Assembly: GCA_963765445.1 (NCBI GenBank)
Contig: CAVXWQ010000030.1
Span: 81-64,080 of the forward strand
Source: an uncultured Actinomycetota bacterium
Lineage (GTDB): Bacteria; Actinomycetota; Actinomycetes; Mycobacteriales; Mycobacteriaceae
Length of the DNA stretch: 64,000 bases
Direction: 5' to 3'
Shown: piece after piece, positions 11,391-22,406 of the stretch
How positions within the stretch are numbered: the first letter of the stretch is position 1
Layout of the letters: every line of letters begins with the position of its first letter
Notes under the pieces: model-generated
The model's database searches: none
The model's input: the letters and a program-made list of their open reading frames with translations, nothing else
What the model was told of the DNA's origin: nothing
Position numbers and translations under genes: made by a program

Positions 11391-12427
11391 TGCGGGGTGC
11401 ACCTACCCGTCGGCTGCTGGGTGATCTTCACGGTGCGGACCGGTCCGCCTGGCTGCAGGCCGTTGAGCTTCAAGTTGATGTCGCAGAGATAGAAGTTGAA
11501 GAAGTCACCGTAGATACCACCGGCGCGGCCGATGATCTTGATGGCCTCGGGCAGCTTGGTCAGCAGGTCGTCCAGCTTGGCTTGACCGTCGACCAGTGGC
11601 TGCTGAAGGGTCTCCAGCTTGCCGATGGTGTCCTTGAGGAGCGGACGGTCGTCGGCCAGCAGGTCGCCGAGTGTGCCTGCGGCGTTGCTGATGTCGGCGA
11701 TGGCGTTGGCCAGCGGGTCGGCCCGGTTACGCAGTCCGGTGATGAGCACCTCGAGGTTGTTGACCGTCTGGTCGAACTCCTTCTCGTGCTTGACCGTGGT
11801 GGCCAGCACCGTGTTGAGGTTCGTGATGACCTCACCGATCGCCTGGTCACGGTCGGCCAGGGTCGAGGTCAATTGCGCTGTCTGGTCGAGGATGTCGTTG
11901 ATGGTGCCGCCCTGGCCCTGGAGCACGGTGACCAACGACGACGCGATCGTGTTGACCTTCTCGGGATCCAGCGCCTTGAACAGCGGCTTGAAGCCACCGA
12001 TGAGCGCGTCGAGGTCGAGGGCGGGCTGGGTGCGCGACATCGGGATGAACCCGCCCGGCGGCAGGACCCGGTCGGCGCCCTCGCCGGTGCCGCGATCGAG
12101 GTTGACGAAGCGGTTGCCGATCAGGTCCTGGTAACGGATCTGCGCGGTGGTCGACTGGTACAGCGGCAGCGTCCTGTCCACGTTGAGGGTCACCTGAACG
12201 CGGCGGCCGTTGTCGACCAGCTTCAGGTTCGAGACCTTGCCGACCTCCACGCCGCCGGCCCGGACGAACTCACCGTCGCGCAGCCCGCTGGCATTGCTGA
12301 ACTCCGCGGTGTAGGCGGTGGTCCGGTCGAACCGGAACTGCCCGAAGACGATGACGATGATCGCCGTGAAGAGCAGCAGCACGAACGAGAATGCTGCCAA
12401 TTTGATTGCGGTGCCGGTGATTTTCAT
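11387..12427 (-). CDS. mce1B: Mce-family protein Mce1B
   Basis: Intact 346 aa; ASGLRDGEFVRAGGVEVG, RYQDLIG, ALDLDALIGGFKPLF, FNFYLC. Confidence 0.92.
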   Translation of the reverse strand: MKITGTAIKLAAFSFVLLLFTAIIVIVFGQFRFDRTTAYTAEFSNASGLRDGEFVRAGGVEVGKVSNLKLVDNGRRVQVTLNVDRTLPLYQSTTAQIRYQDLIGNRFVNLDRGTGEGADRVLPPGGFIPMSRTQPALDLDALIGGFKPLFKALDPEKVNTIASSLVTVLQGQGGTINDILDQTAQLTSTLADRDQAIGEVITNLNTVLATTVKHEKEFDQTVNNLEVLITGLRNRADPLANAIADISNAAGTLGDLLADDRPLLKDTIGKLETLQQPLVDGQAKLDDLLTKLPEAIKIIGRAGGIYGDFFNFYLCDINLKLNGLQPGGPVRTVKITQQPTGRCTPQ

Positions 12428-13640
12428 GGGTTGATCGTGTTCTCCCCAATTTGGCGTCCCCAGACGTACTCGGTGAGGAGGGGCTGGCCCAGCTCGAAGT
12501 GGTTGTACGGGGCCAGCGAGGCACCGTCATCGACCACCAGATGCGGGGCCGGCCAGAAGTTTCGGGTCACCTCTTGCCAGCAGCCCGGTGCACCGCCGGG
12601 GCCGCCGCGGCCGTTGACGCGCGGCAGGTTGTCCGGGTACACGTACGGGTTCGGGGCGCCGAGGAACTCGGTGACGGTGTCGAGCGAATACCCGTTGCCG
12701 CCAAAGGAATCCAGTGCCAGCGAATTTGCTTGGGCGAAGTTGCGGATCATGCAGAACAGTTCGGGGCTGTACTTGTCCAGGACCCGGGAGGTGGGCACCA
12801 GGTCGCGCTGGCCGGCGATGAAGTACGGGGCGCCCGCCTCGAACACGTCGGCGCCGGTGTTGCCGAAGCCGGTCGCGGCGAGCAGCGCCGCATCCAGGTC
12901 GCCCTGCTGCTGGTTGAGGGTGCTGGCGGTGGTCACCGCGTGGTCCAGGAAGCTCCAGAAGTCGGGGCTGGCCTTGGTGTAGATGTCGGCCAGGTTCGCC
13001 AGCTGCTTGATGTTGGAGCGGATCTGCGGCATCTGCGGGTTGATGTCGTCGAGGACCGACGTTGGCGTTGACGACCGCCTGGCCGAACTTGGTGCCCAGG
13101 CCGTTGAGCGCCTCGGCGGCGGCCGACAGCGTGAGGTTCAGCTTGACCGGGTCGACCTTCTCCGAGATGGAGGTCAACGTCTCGAACAAGGTGTTGAACT
13201 CGGTCGTCACGTGGGAGGCGTCGATGACGTCGGCGCTGGAGATGCGGGTCTTGGTCGGGTTCTTCGGGCTGGTGAACGAGACGTACTTGTTGCCGAACAC
13301 CGTGCTGGCCTTGATCTGGGCGTCGACATTGGCCGGGATCAGATCGACGAAGCGGGGCTGGACCTCGAGGTCGAGCTGGGCCATCTGCTTGCCGTCGCGG
13401 TTGAGGGCCGAGACCGTTCTTGACCCGGCCGATCTCGACGCCGTTGTAGGTCACCTTCGAGCCGGGGTCCATCACCAGGCCGGCGCGGTCGGAGACCATG
13501 GTCAGGTTGGTCTTCGGCGTCAGTTTGCCGCGCCACTGCGCATAGACCAGCGCCGCCACCAGGGCGGCCAGGATCAGGAACACCACCCCCGCCAGCTTGA
13601 GCGGGGGTCGCCGAGACGCGTTCTCCGGATGCGTGGCCAT
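12424..13640 (-). CDS. mce1A: Mce-family protein Mce1A (two frameshifts)
   Basis: RAGLVMDPGSKVTYNGVEIG, ASTVFGNKY, YVYPDNLP...CWQ, ending GENTINP, spread over three frames. Confidence 0.88.
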
Positions 13641-13644
13641 GCCG

Positions 13645-14514
13645 CTATACCGTGAGGTTGAAGTTTGGATTGGTGCCGTACAGCGCCAACGATGCAACAG
13701 GACCACCAACGCGACCGCGACCAGCGACGCGCGCATCGACATACCCACCGCCTCGCCGACGCCGACCGGACCGCCGCTGGCGTTGTAGCCGAAGTAGCAG
13801 TGGTTGATCATCACGAAGATGGCGATGATGATCGCGACGACGAAGGACCAGAACACGTCGTCGGGCCGCAGGAACGTGCGGAAGTAGTGGTCGTAGGTGC
13901 CTGTCGACTGCCCGTAGAACACGGTGGTGGTGAGCTGCGCGGCCAGGAACGACAGCAGCAGCGCCATGGCGTATAGCGGGACGATCACCACGATGCCGGC
14001 GAGGATGCGCGTCGACACCAGGTAGCTGATCGACTTGATGCCCATCACCTCGAGGGCGTCGATCTCCTCGCTGATGCGCATGGCACCCAGCTCGGCGGTG
14101 GCGCCGGCGCCGACCGTCGCCGCCAGCGCGTGCCCGGACACCAGGGGCGCCACGACGCGGACGTTGACCAGAGCGGCGACGAAACCGGTGAACGCCTCCA
14201 CCCCGATGTTGCCCAGCGAGGCGTAGCCCTGGATCGCGATGAGCGAGCCGCCGGACAGCGTCACGAAGCCGACGATGGCGATGGTGCCGCCGATGACCGC
14301 CATCGCCCCGGTGCCCATCCCGATCTCGGCGATCAGCCGGAGAGTCGCCCGGCGGTAGTAGCGCAGCGCGTGCGGGATCTGCCCGACGGCGGTGACGGTG
14401 AACCACGCCACCTGCCGACGCTGTCGACGAAACGGCGTGGGTGCGCCAGCCAACTTGGTGACTGTGGCGTACGTCCGTGGGTATCGGCTCCGAAGGACTG
14501 TTGAACGTAGCCAT
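13645..14514 (-). CDS. yrbE1B: Mce ABC permease YrbE1B (frameshifted)
   Basis: IAEIGMGTGA, AELGAMRISEEIDALEVMG, GGPVGVGEAV; ends LYGTNPNFNLTV* at 13645. Confidence 0.88.
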   Translation of the reverse strand: MATFNSPSEPIPTDVRHSHQVGWRTHAVSSTASAGGVVHRHRRRADPARAALLPPGDSPADRRDRDGHRGDGGHRRHHRHRRLRDAVRRLAHRDPGLRLAGQHRGGGVHRFRRRSGQRPRRGAPGVRARAGGDGRRRRHRRAGCHAHQRGDRRPRGDGHQVDQLPGVDAHPRRHRGDRPAIRHGAAAVVPGRAAHHHRVLRAVDRHLRPLLPHVPAARRRVLVLRRRDHHRHLRDDQPLLLRLQRQRRSGRRRRGGGYVDARVAGRGRVGGPVASLALYGTNPNFNLTV

Positions 14515-14515
14515 C

Positions 14516-15314
14516 TCACCGCCCCGTTCCGAACCGAACGCCGATGGTCGTCAGCACGACGTTCACCGCGAACAGGGCGACAACGGAAAGTACCAGCGTC
14601 TCGTTCACCGCCGTGCCGAGGCCCTTGGCGCCGCCGGACACCGTCAGGCCGCGGTAGCAGCCGACCAGGCCGGCGATGAGCCCGAAGGTGAGCGCTTTGA
14701 TGATCGAGATGACGACCTCAGGGAGGCCGGTGACCAGCGTCAGCGTCGAGACGTAGGCGCCGGCCGAGATGTTCTGCCCGTAGACGCCGAAGATGAATCC
14801 GCCGACCAGGCCGATCGTGATGACGGCGCCGTTGAGCAGCACGGCCACGAAGGTCGATGCCACCACGCGCGGCAGGACGAGCCGGTGGATGGGGTCGATG
14901 CCGAGCACCTCGAGCGCGTCGATCTCCTCGCGGATGGTGCGGGCGCCGAGGTCGGCGCAGATGGCTGTCGACCCAGCGCCGGCGACCACCAGCACGGTCA
15001 CGATCGGGCCAAGCTGCGTCACGGCGGCCAGGGCCGCGCCCGCGCCGGAGACGTCGGCGGCGCCGAACTCGACCAGCAGGACGTTGATGGTGAAGATGAT
15101 GAGGACCGTGTCGGGATCGGCCACGGCGAAGGTGGGCAGGAACGTCACCCGGAACAGGAACCAGCTCTGGATGACGAACTCACGGAACTCGAACGGCCAT
15201 TTGGTGGTGGCCTTCGCGGTCAGCACGCACATGCGGAAGAAGCCGCCCACGGCGGTGCAGCGGTGCGCGCAGCTTGTCCTGGACGTAACCGGACACCCCG
15301 GTCGCCGCAGTCAC
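14516..15314 (-). CDS. yrbE1A: Mce ABC permease YrbE1A (5' end frameshifted)
   Basis: ADLGARTIREEIDALEVLGIDP, GGAKGLGTAVNET; likely GTG start at 15314. Confidence 0.88.
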
Positions 15315-15548
15315 CGAGGCACCCGCAGGAGGGGACCGCGCTCGTCGTCGCGGCCCATCGGCAGCCCGTGTGGCACATACCCTCCTCGCCCCGACCCGCA
15401 CTGTGTGACCGGCGTCTCCTTACCGTTCGGTAGTAAGGCGGACCACAGGAATGTACCCGATGGCATACGGGCGGTGCACCGCATCCGCACTATTAACCCT
15501 CCATCGTCATTTCTGTAAATATTCTCCCGTGGGCAAAGGCATCGGGAG

Positions 15549-17176
15549 CTATCCGGGATCGGCTGTATCGGAAGCTGTTTGGCCGCCCTCGCCGGTATTG
15601 ACGAGGGTGCCGAAGCGAATGCGCAACTCGGTCTTGAGGACTTTGCCGGCAGGATTGCGGGGCAGCGCGTCGACGATCTCCAGCCCCTTCGGGTGCTTGT
15701 ACCGGGCGAGCCTCTCGTCGAGGAATCCGTCGAGATCCTCGAGTCGCAGTTCGGCCTCGGCGACCGCGGCCACCGCCACCGGCACCTCGCCCCACTTCGG
15801 GTGCGGACGCCCGATGACCGCCACCTCGACGATCGCCGGGTGGGCGGCCAGGACGTTCTCCACCTCGGCGCAGTAGATGTTCTCCCCGCCGGAGATGATC
15901 ATGTCCTTCTTGCGGTCGACGACCCAGACGTAGCCGTCCTCGTCGGTGCGGACCAGATCACCGGAGTGGAACCAGCCGCCGGCGAACGCCTCGGCGGTGG
16001 CCTGCGGGTTGTTCCAGTACCCGGCCATCAAAGTCGGTGCGCGGTAGACGATTTCACCGACGTCGCCGACGGCCACGTCGTTCATGTTCTCGTCGACGAC
16101 CCGGGCCGCGACGGTGGGGATCACCTTGCCGACCGAGCCGCGCTTACGGATCGCGTCCTCGCCGAGCAGCATGCAGGTGACCGGGGACATCTCGGTCTGG
16201 CCGAAGGCCGCCAGGATCTTGCTGTTCGGGAAGGTCTCGGACATCTGGCGCAGCAGGGTGTCGGTCGCCGGTGCCGCGCCCCAGGACAGCGCCTTGCAGC
16301 CGGATGTCGCGCGGCTTGGCCTGCTGCGCGGCGCAGACGGCCTGCCATTGGGCGGGCACCAGGAAGATGCCGGTGACCTTCTCGGCCTCCAGCACGTCGA
16401 GCAGCTCGCCCGGATCGAATCCCCCCAGGGGATGGATGACGGTGGGGGTGCCCAACAGCAGCCCGCCGAGCATGTTGCCGATGCCGGCGATGTGGAACAG
16501 CGGGACGCCGATGAAGCCGACGTCATTGTTGATGTCGGGTGCCGTGGTGTACATCGCGGTCATCGCCTGTGCGGCCAGGTTGGCGTGGGTGAGCACCGCA
16601 CCCTTGGGCCGGCCGGTGGTGCCCGAGGTGTACATGATCAGCGCCGGGCTGTCGTTGGGGATGTCGACCGGTTCGTGGGCGGTGCCGTCCTCGACCACGA
16701 GGTCCTCGTAGCCGAGGACGTCCGCATCGGTGGAGCGCGCCGGCGACGATGACGGTGGACAGCGCCGGCGCGATGTCGCGGACCGCCCTGGCGACGTCGG
16801 CGAGCACCGGCTCGGTGACCATCACCGCGGCCTGGCAGTCCTCGACCAGGAACGCCAACTCGTGCGGGGTCAGGCGGAAGTTCACCGGAACCGCGATCGC
16901 CCCGATCCGGGTGGCGGCCACGGTGGCCTCGACGAACTCGGGCCGGTTGAGCATCAGGATCATCACGCGGTCGCCGAGACGCACCCCGCGCCGGGCGAAC
17001 GCGTCGGCCAGCTTGGTGACCCGGTGGTCGAACTCCGCCCAGGTCGTCGTCCGCCCCATGAACCGGATGGCGGTCGCGCCCGGCTGCATCAGGGCGTGGC
17101 GGGAGAGCTGATTGCTCCAGTTCTGGCGGCGCGACAGATACGGCTGCTCGGTAGCCGTGGTCAGCTGTGCGGTCAC
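15549..17176 (-). CDS. fadD5: Fatty-acid-CoA ligase FadD5 (two frameshifts)
   Basis: MYTSGTTGRPKG, AFGQTE, GWFHSGD, RKKDMIISGGENIY, NPAGKVLK; position between mce1R and yrbE1A. Confidence 0.9.
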
Positions 17177-17263
17177 CTCGTCCTCTGTTCCCTCCGCTGG
17201 CTGTGAACGCCGCCTGAATGAACCTTGTGTGAACTCGACACCGAAGAACCGGAGCATCGTTAT

Positions 17264-17275
17264 ATTTGATCAAAT
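17264..17275. promoter_or_regulatory. Perfect 12-bp palindrome ATTTGATCAAAT between fadD5 and mce1R; candidate Mce1R operator
   Basis: AT-rich palindrome seen in the divergent promoter region; regulator assignment is inference. Confidence 0.55.
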
Positions 17276-17336
17276 CTGGTGTCGCCCGGGTCACACTATT
17301 GCCTCGCCGCCGCCCACACAAGTCCTCGGAGGTCAC

Positions 17337-18029
17337 GTGAACGCACCGACTTCCGCACGGACCGCGGCGCCCCGGGAACGCCGCCGTTCGCAGCTCTCCG
17401 ACGAAGTGGCACAGCATCTTCGCGAGGCGATCATGACCGGCACGCTGCGTGCGGGAACGTTCATCCGGCTCGACGAGACCGCCGCACAACTCGGGGTGAG
17501 CATCACCCCGGTGCGCGAGGCCCTGCTGACCTTGCGGGGCGAGGGCATGGTGCAGCTCGAGCCGCGGCGCGGCTACGTCGTGGTGCCGATGAGCCGGCAG
17601 GACATCGCCGACATCTACTGGCTGCAGGCCACGATGGCCAAGGAGCTCGCCGTCTCCGCGATAGAGCGCCTGTCCGACGCGCAGATCGACGAGCTCGAAC
17701 ACGCCAACGACGAGCTGGCCCGTGCCGTCGTCGACGGTGACCCCGCAACCATCACGGCCGCCGAGTTCGGGTTCCACCGGCTGTTCAACCGGGCAACCGG
17801 ACGGGTCAAGCTGTCGTGGTTTCTGCTGCACGTCGCGCGCTACATGCCCCCGCTGATCTACGTCACCGACATCTCGTGGGGCCAGGCCACGGTGGACAGC
17901 CACCGGCGCCTCATCGACGCGCTGCGGCGCCGGGACCGGGACGCGCTGGTCCGGATCGTCGACGAGGAGTTCGCCGACGGTGCCCAGCGGCTGATCGAGC
18001 AGCTCGAGCGAAACGGGATGTGGAGCTGA
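17337..18029 (+). CDS. mce1R: GntR (FCD-domain) repressor Mce1R
   Basis: GTG after GGAGG; wHTH LGVSITPVREAL, FCD FHR motif; divergent from fadD5. Confidence 0.9.
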   Translation: MNAPTSARTAAPRERRRSQLSDEVAQHLREAIMTGTLRAGTFIRLDETAAQLGVSITPVREALLTLRGEGMVQLEPRRGYVVVPMSRQDIADIYWLQATMAKELAVSAIERLSDAQIDELEHANDELARAVVDGDPATITAAEFGFHRLFNRATGRVKLSWFLLHVARYMPPLIYVTDISWGQATVDSHRRLIDALRRRDRDALVRIVDEEFADGAQRLIEQLERNGMWS

Positions 18030-18031
18030 CT

Positions 18032-18476
18032 TCAGGAGCTGGCGCCGAGGTGTTCGGCGCGGTTCTTGAGGTTGTTCGCCAGATGCTCGAGCACGTCGCC
18101 GGCCAGCTTCTTGACCATCAGGCTGGGCACCGCCATCGAGGTCTCGACCTCCAGGTCCACCGTCAGCAGCGTCGACGGACCCATCCCGACCACGGAGAAC
18201 AGCTGATCCTGCTTGGTGAAGACGTCGCCCTGCTGCAGCATGGTCTGGATCTGGCCTTCGCCCGGGTAGTACACCGCCTGGATGAAGGTGCTCTCGTGGC
18301 CCTGGACCACGGTGTCGATGCGCAACTGGCTGGGCCGGCCGTCGTCATAGCGGGCCAGGATGTAGACCGCCTTGACCTCGTCGTTCCACTCCGGGTACGA
18401 CTCGAAGTCGGCGACGATGTCGAGGATCGACTGTGGCGTCGGCATTGACCTCGAGGGTCTTGGATACGAGCGGCAT
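18032..18476 (-). CDS. SRPBCC/START-domain protein (Rv0164/TB18.5-like; 5' frameshift)
   Basis: MPLVSKTLEV then IVADFESYPEWN...RYDDGRP. Confidence 0.8.
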
Positions 18477-18496
18477 CGGCCGATCATATCCAGCGG

Positions 18497-19144
18497 TCAG
18501 GCGTGTGCCTTCTTGCCCACTGCGCCGCCCAGCGGTGACTCGACGCGGGTCTTCTCGTCGCGGATCAGCCCGCGCAGCAGCGCGGTGCTGAACTCGGCGG
18601 CGATCTCCTTGGCGCTGCGGCGCCCGTCGGGCCGCAACCAGCGGTAGGCGCCCAGCGTCATGCCGATGTAGCCCAGGGCCACCACGTGCGAGTCGCACTC
18701 GTAGAACTCGCCGCTGGCGATCCCGCGGTCGATGAGTCCGGTCACGTGCTCGTAGACCTGGGTCTCCTTCTCACGGACCTCGGTGACCTGTTCGTCGGTG
18801 AACCATTCGGAGATGTAGGGCTGCTCCTGGAAGTACACCGCGGCGCCCTCGGGGTCCTTGGCGATGTTGGTCAACAGCCGGACGGTGTACTGGTAGAGCG
18901 CCTCGCGGGCGGTCCAGGAGGGGTCGTCGTGCACCGCGGCCAGGGTGCGCTGCGCCGCGCGCTGGTAGATGTCGAACAGGATCAGCGACTTGCTGGCGTA
19001 GTAGTGGTACACGGTCGCCTTGTTCAGGCCGACCACGTCGGCGACGTCATCCATCCGGGTGCCGTGATAGCCCCGGGCGGCGAACAGCTTGGTGGCGACG
19101 GCCAGCAGCTCTTCGCGCCGGGTCATCCCGTTCTCGGGTGGCAT
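18497..19144 (-). CDS. TetR-family regulator (Rv0158-like)
   Basis: Intact; GYHGTRMDDVADVVGLNKATVYHYYASK HTH. Confidence 0.9.
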   Translation of the reverse strand: MPPENGMTRREELLAVATKLFAARGYHGTRMDDVADVVGLNKATVYHYYASKSLILFDIYQRAAQRTLAAVHDDPSWTAREALYQYTVRLLTNIAKDPEGAAVYFQEQPYISEWFTDEQVTEVREKETQVYEHVTGLIDRGIASGEFYECDSHVVALGYIGMTLGAYRWLRPDGRRSAKEIAAEFSTALLRGLIRDEKTRVESPLGGAVGKKAHA

Positions 19145-19183
19145 GGTGTCCTCGCTCGTCGTACTCCGACCGGAGCCGGCTCT

Positions 19184-19202
19184 CTATCAACTGGTTGGAT
19201 AG
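19184..19202. promoter_or_regulatory. Imperfect palindrome CTATCAACTGGTTGGATAG; candidate autoregulatory TetR operator
   Basis: Inverted repeat about 40 bp upstream of the TetR start. Confidence 0.45.
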
Positions 19203-19283
19203 TTTAGGCAATGCCCGGGATCGGTGTTGCGGTGCGTACCGCCGGGCTAGACTCCGGGTACAGGCGGCGTTGGAAGGATGGGT

Positions 19284-19395
19284 ATGGATCCGAGTCCGGA
19301 CTATGACGCGACCGACGAGGTCGAGTACTTCTTCAGCCTGGCTGCCGTGGGCGCTGCGCGGGGTCTACCCGCCGCCCGCCTACCCCCCGGTGTAA
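19284..19395 (+). CDS. Small conserved mycobacterial protein (Rv0157A-like), about 36 aa, one frameshift
   Basis: MDPSPDYDATDEVEYFFS + WLPWALRGVYPPPAYPPV*, preceded by GGAAGG. Confidence 0.7.
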
Positions 19396-19426
19396 CAAGG
19401 CTCCGCTGATCCGACACCGTCTTTAG

Positions 19427-20567
19427 TTGACGGCCGGCCTGCGGGCGATGCTCGCCCGCGATCCTGATGAGCCGCACCGCGCGGCAAGCTCGCTGGAACT
19501 CCTGTTCGACCTGGTGTTCGTCGTCGCCGTGTCGCAGGCCTCCGGGCGCATTGCACCATCTCTGGGAAGAGCAGCACTTCGCCGCGGGCCTGGCTGCCTA
19601 CGCGATGGTGTTCTTCGCCATCTTCAATGCGTGGCTGAACTTCACCTGGTTCGCCAGCGCGTACGACACCGACGACTGGCTCTACCGGCTGATGACGTTC
19701 GTCCAGATGGCCGGGGCGCTGACCATCGCCGCGGGTGCGCAACGGGCGATGCTGGACAGCGACTTTCGGGCCATCATCATCGGCTACGTCATCATGCGGG
19801 CGGCGATGGCCTCGCAGTGGACGCGCGCCGCGATCAGCGATCCCGAGCACCGGGGCACCTGCGTGCGCTACGGCGTGGGCATCGTGGTCGCCCAGGTGCT
19901 GTGGGTGACCTGGTGGCTGGCCCACGGTCCGGTGTGGCTCTTCCCGATCCTGGCGGTGGTCGACCTGTCGGTCTCGCCGTTCGCCGAGCGGCACCGCGGC
20001 ACGGCCTTTCACCCCCATCACATCGCCGAGCGCTATGGCTTGTTCACGTTGATCGTGCTCGGCGAATCGATTCTGGCGGTGGCCAATTCGATCATCGGCA
20101 GCATGTCCGACGCCGGCGAGCGCACCGGGCTGATCCTGATCGCGGTGTGCTCGCTGGTGATCGTGGCGGCGATGTGGTGGATCTACTTCGACCGTCCGCA
20201 GCACGACCAGACGATCACGCGGCCGCGCGCGTACTTCTGGGGCTATCTGCACTACTTCATCTTCGCGTCGGCGGCGGCGTTCTCGGCCGGGGTGGAAGTC
20301 GCGATCGCGGTGCGACTACACGAAAGCCATCTGCACCACACCGTCGCCGGCCTGACGCTGACCATCCCGCTCGCGGTGTTCGTGGTCGCGACGTGGCTGG
20401 TGCTCGACGCGGTCCGCCGCGACACCATCCAGGCCGTCGGCACGGTGGTGCTCGCCGCCGCGCTGGTGGCCACCGCGGCGCTGCCCTACCCGCTGCTGGG
20501 CGCGGCCGCGGTGATGGTGGCGGCGGCAGCGCTGGTCAGTTGGCGGCACGCAGCCGAAAATCGTTAA
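19427..20567 (+). CDS. Low temperature requirement protein A (LtrA) family membrane protein (frameshift near 19550)
   Basis: LELLFDLVFVVA, W-x-NFTWFAS-x-YDTDD, HHIAERYGLFTLIVLGES. Confidence 0.85.
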
Positions 20568-21388
20568 GCCGCAGCGGCTTTGACGGCTCGTCCCACCTCG
20601 GAACGCAGCCGGGTGTACTCCGGGGAGCGGCGCAGCTCGTCGGGGTCGACGCCGGTGCGCGGCAGGTCCACCGGCAGGTCGAGCGCCACCTGCCCGGGGC
20701 GGCGGGTCAGCACCACGATGCGTGAGCCCAGGAACGCGGCCTCGTCCGCGCTGTGGGTGACGAACACGGTGGTGCGGCCCGACTCGGCACTGACCTGTCG
20801 GACATCCTCCTGCAGCCGCTCGCGGGTCAACGCGTCGAGCGCGGCGAACGGCTCGTCGAGCAGCAGCAGTGACGTCTCGGGACGCTCGGAGGCCAGCGCG
20901 CGGGCGATCGCCACCCGCTGTTGTTGCCCGCCGCTGATCTCCCAGATCTTGCGGCCGGCAATGCTTTCCAGCCCGACCCGGTGCAGCAGCTCGTCGCGCC
21001 GCTCGGCACGCCGCTCTCTGGGCGTGCCGGCATACTTCAGCGCCAGTTCGACGTTGCCGCCGACAGTGCGCCAGGGGAACAGCCGCGGTTGCTGGAAGAC
21101 CACACCGGCGGTCTTGCCGGGCACCGGTTCGCGGCCGGACACCTTGATGTCACCGTCGGTCGGGGATTCGAATCCGGCGATCAGCCGCAGCAGCGTGCTC
21201 TTGCCGCAACCGGAGGCGCCGACGAGCACCAGGAAGGAGCCCGGCTCGACGTCGAGGTCGACCGGTCCGAGTGCCGTCGTATCGCCGTAGCGATGCTCGA
21301 CACCGCGGATGTGGATACCGCCGTCGTTGTGCGACGCGGTGGCGGTCACCGACTCCGGGGTGCTCACCGTCTCACTGGGTGATGACAT
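20564..21388 (-). CDS. Taurine/sulfonate/nitrate-type ABC transporter ATPase (TauB-like)
   Basis: GASGCGKST, FQQPRLFPW, ISGGQQQR, LLDEPFAALD, VTH. Confidence 0.9.
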   Translation of the reverse strand: MSSPSETVSTPESVTATASHNDGGIHIRGVEHRYGDTTALGPVDLDVEPGSFLVLVGASGCGKSTLLRLIAGFESPTDGDIKVSGREPVPGKTAGVVFQQPRLFPWRTVGGNVELALKYAGTPRERRAERRDELLHRVGLESIAGRKIWEISGGQQQRVAIARALASERPETSLLLLDEPFAALDALTRERLQEDVRQVSAESGRTTVFVTHSADEAAFLGSRIVVLTRRPGQVALDLPVDLPRTGVDPDELRRSPEYTRLRSEVGRAVKAAAA

Positions 21389-22406
21389 CAGGTAACCCCT
21401 GGGTGTAGATGGCGTCCTGGAACGTCTTGAGCGGTGCGGCCGCCGGGATCTGCTTCTGCTCGGCGAGGAACTGCGAGGCGCTTTCCAGGTTCGCCGCGAG
21501 GTTGCCGGGGTTGCCCTGGGTGCCCAGCCATTGCGGAGAGGCGACCTCCTGAGGCGTGAGGAACACGCTCTGCTTCAGCTGCGCTTCGACATCGCCTGGC
21601 GGCAGGCCGATTTCGGCGCCGATGGCCTTGGCCGCCGCGGCCGGGTCGTCGTGCAGCACGGTCAGCGCCCGCGCCTGCTGCTTGCGCCAGACGTCGACGA
21701 CCTCCGGGTGGTCCTTGGCGAAGGAGTTCGACACCGCGGCCAGGTCCAGGGTGGGCTTGCCGGCCTGGGCCAGCTGCCGGCTGGTGATCAGGTCTTTGCC
21801 TGTCTTGCGGAGCTGATCGAGGGTCGGCAGCCAGGTGTAGGCCGCCGCGATGTCGCCGCGCTCCCAGGCCGCCAGGATCGCCTGGGGCTGCAGGTCGATG
21901 AGCTGAACATCCTTGGGGGACAACCCGTTCTGGGCCAGCGCGGCCAGCAGGCTGTAGTGCGCCGTCGAGGCGAACGGGGTGGCCACCCGCTTGCCCCTGA
22001 GGTCGGCGATGGAGTTGATACCGCTGCCGTTGCGGGCCACCAGCGCCTCGTTGTCACCGGCCACGTCCAGAATGAACGCGACGCTGTAGGGGATGTTGAG
22101 CGGGGCCGACAGGCCGCGCGCCAGCGGGCTGGAGCCCAGCGCGCCGAAGTCGAGTTCCTTGGCGATGAACGCGGTGTTGACGTCGGCGCCGGAGTCGAAC
22201 TTGATCCACTTGATGTTGTAGTCCGGCAGCGCGTCTTCCAGCCAGCGGTTGTTCTTGACGATCAGGTCGCCGCTGGGGAAGGTCTGGTATCCGATGCGCA
22301 GCGTGGGCTTTCCCGACGCCGACTTGGAGCGATCGACCGAGCAGCCGACCATGCCGATCATGGCGATGACGGCCGCCAGCACGGCGATGAGCTTCTTGTA
22401 GGTCAT
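21372..22406 (-). CDS. Taurine-type ABC substrate-binding lipoprotein (TauA-like)
   Basis: ATG 22406, lipobox MVGC, KFDSGADV, LGSSP, VATPFASTAHYSLL. Confidence 0.85.
   Translation of the reverse strand: MTYKKLIAVLAAVIAMIGMVGCSVDRSKSASGKPTLRIGYQTFPSGDLIVKNNRWLEDALPDYNIKWIKFDSGADVNTAFIAKELDFGALGSSPLARGLSAPLNIPYSVAFILDVAGDNEALVARNGSGINSIADLRGKRVATPFASTAHYSLLAALAQNGLSPKDVQLIDLQPQAILAAWERGDIAAAYTWLPTLDQLRKTGKDLITSRQLAQAGKPTLDLAAVSNSFAKDHPEVVDVWRKQQARALTVLHDDPAAAAKAIGAEIGLPPGDVEAQLKQSVFLTPQEVASPQWLGTQGNPGNLAANLESASQFLAEQKQIPAAAPLKTFQDAIYTQGLPDVITQ

Noticed and set aside
12933-14519. 528-aa YrbE1B-Mce1A fusion
   Set aside because: The normal YrbE1B C terminus and stop (13645) are in another frame; indel artefact
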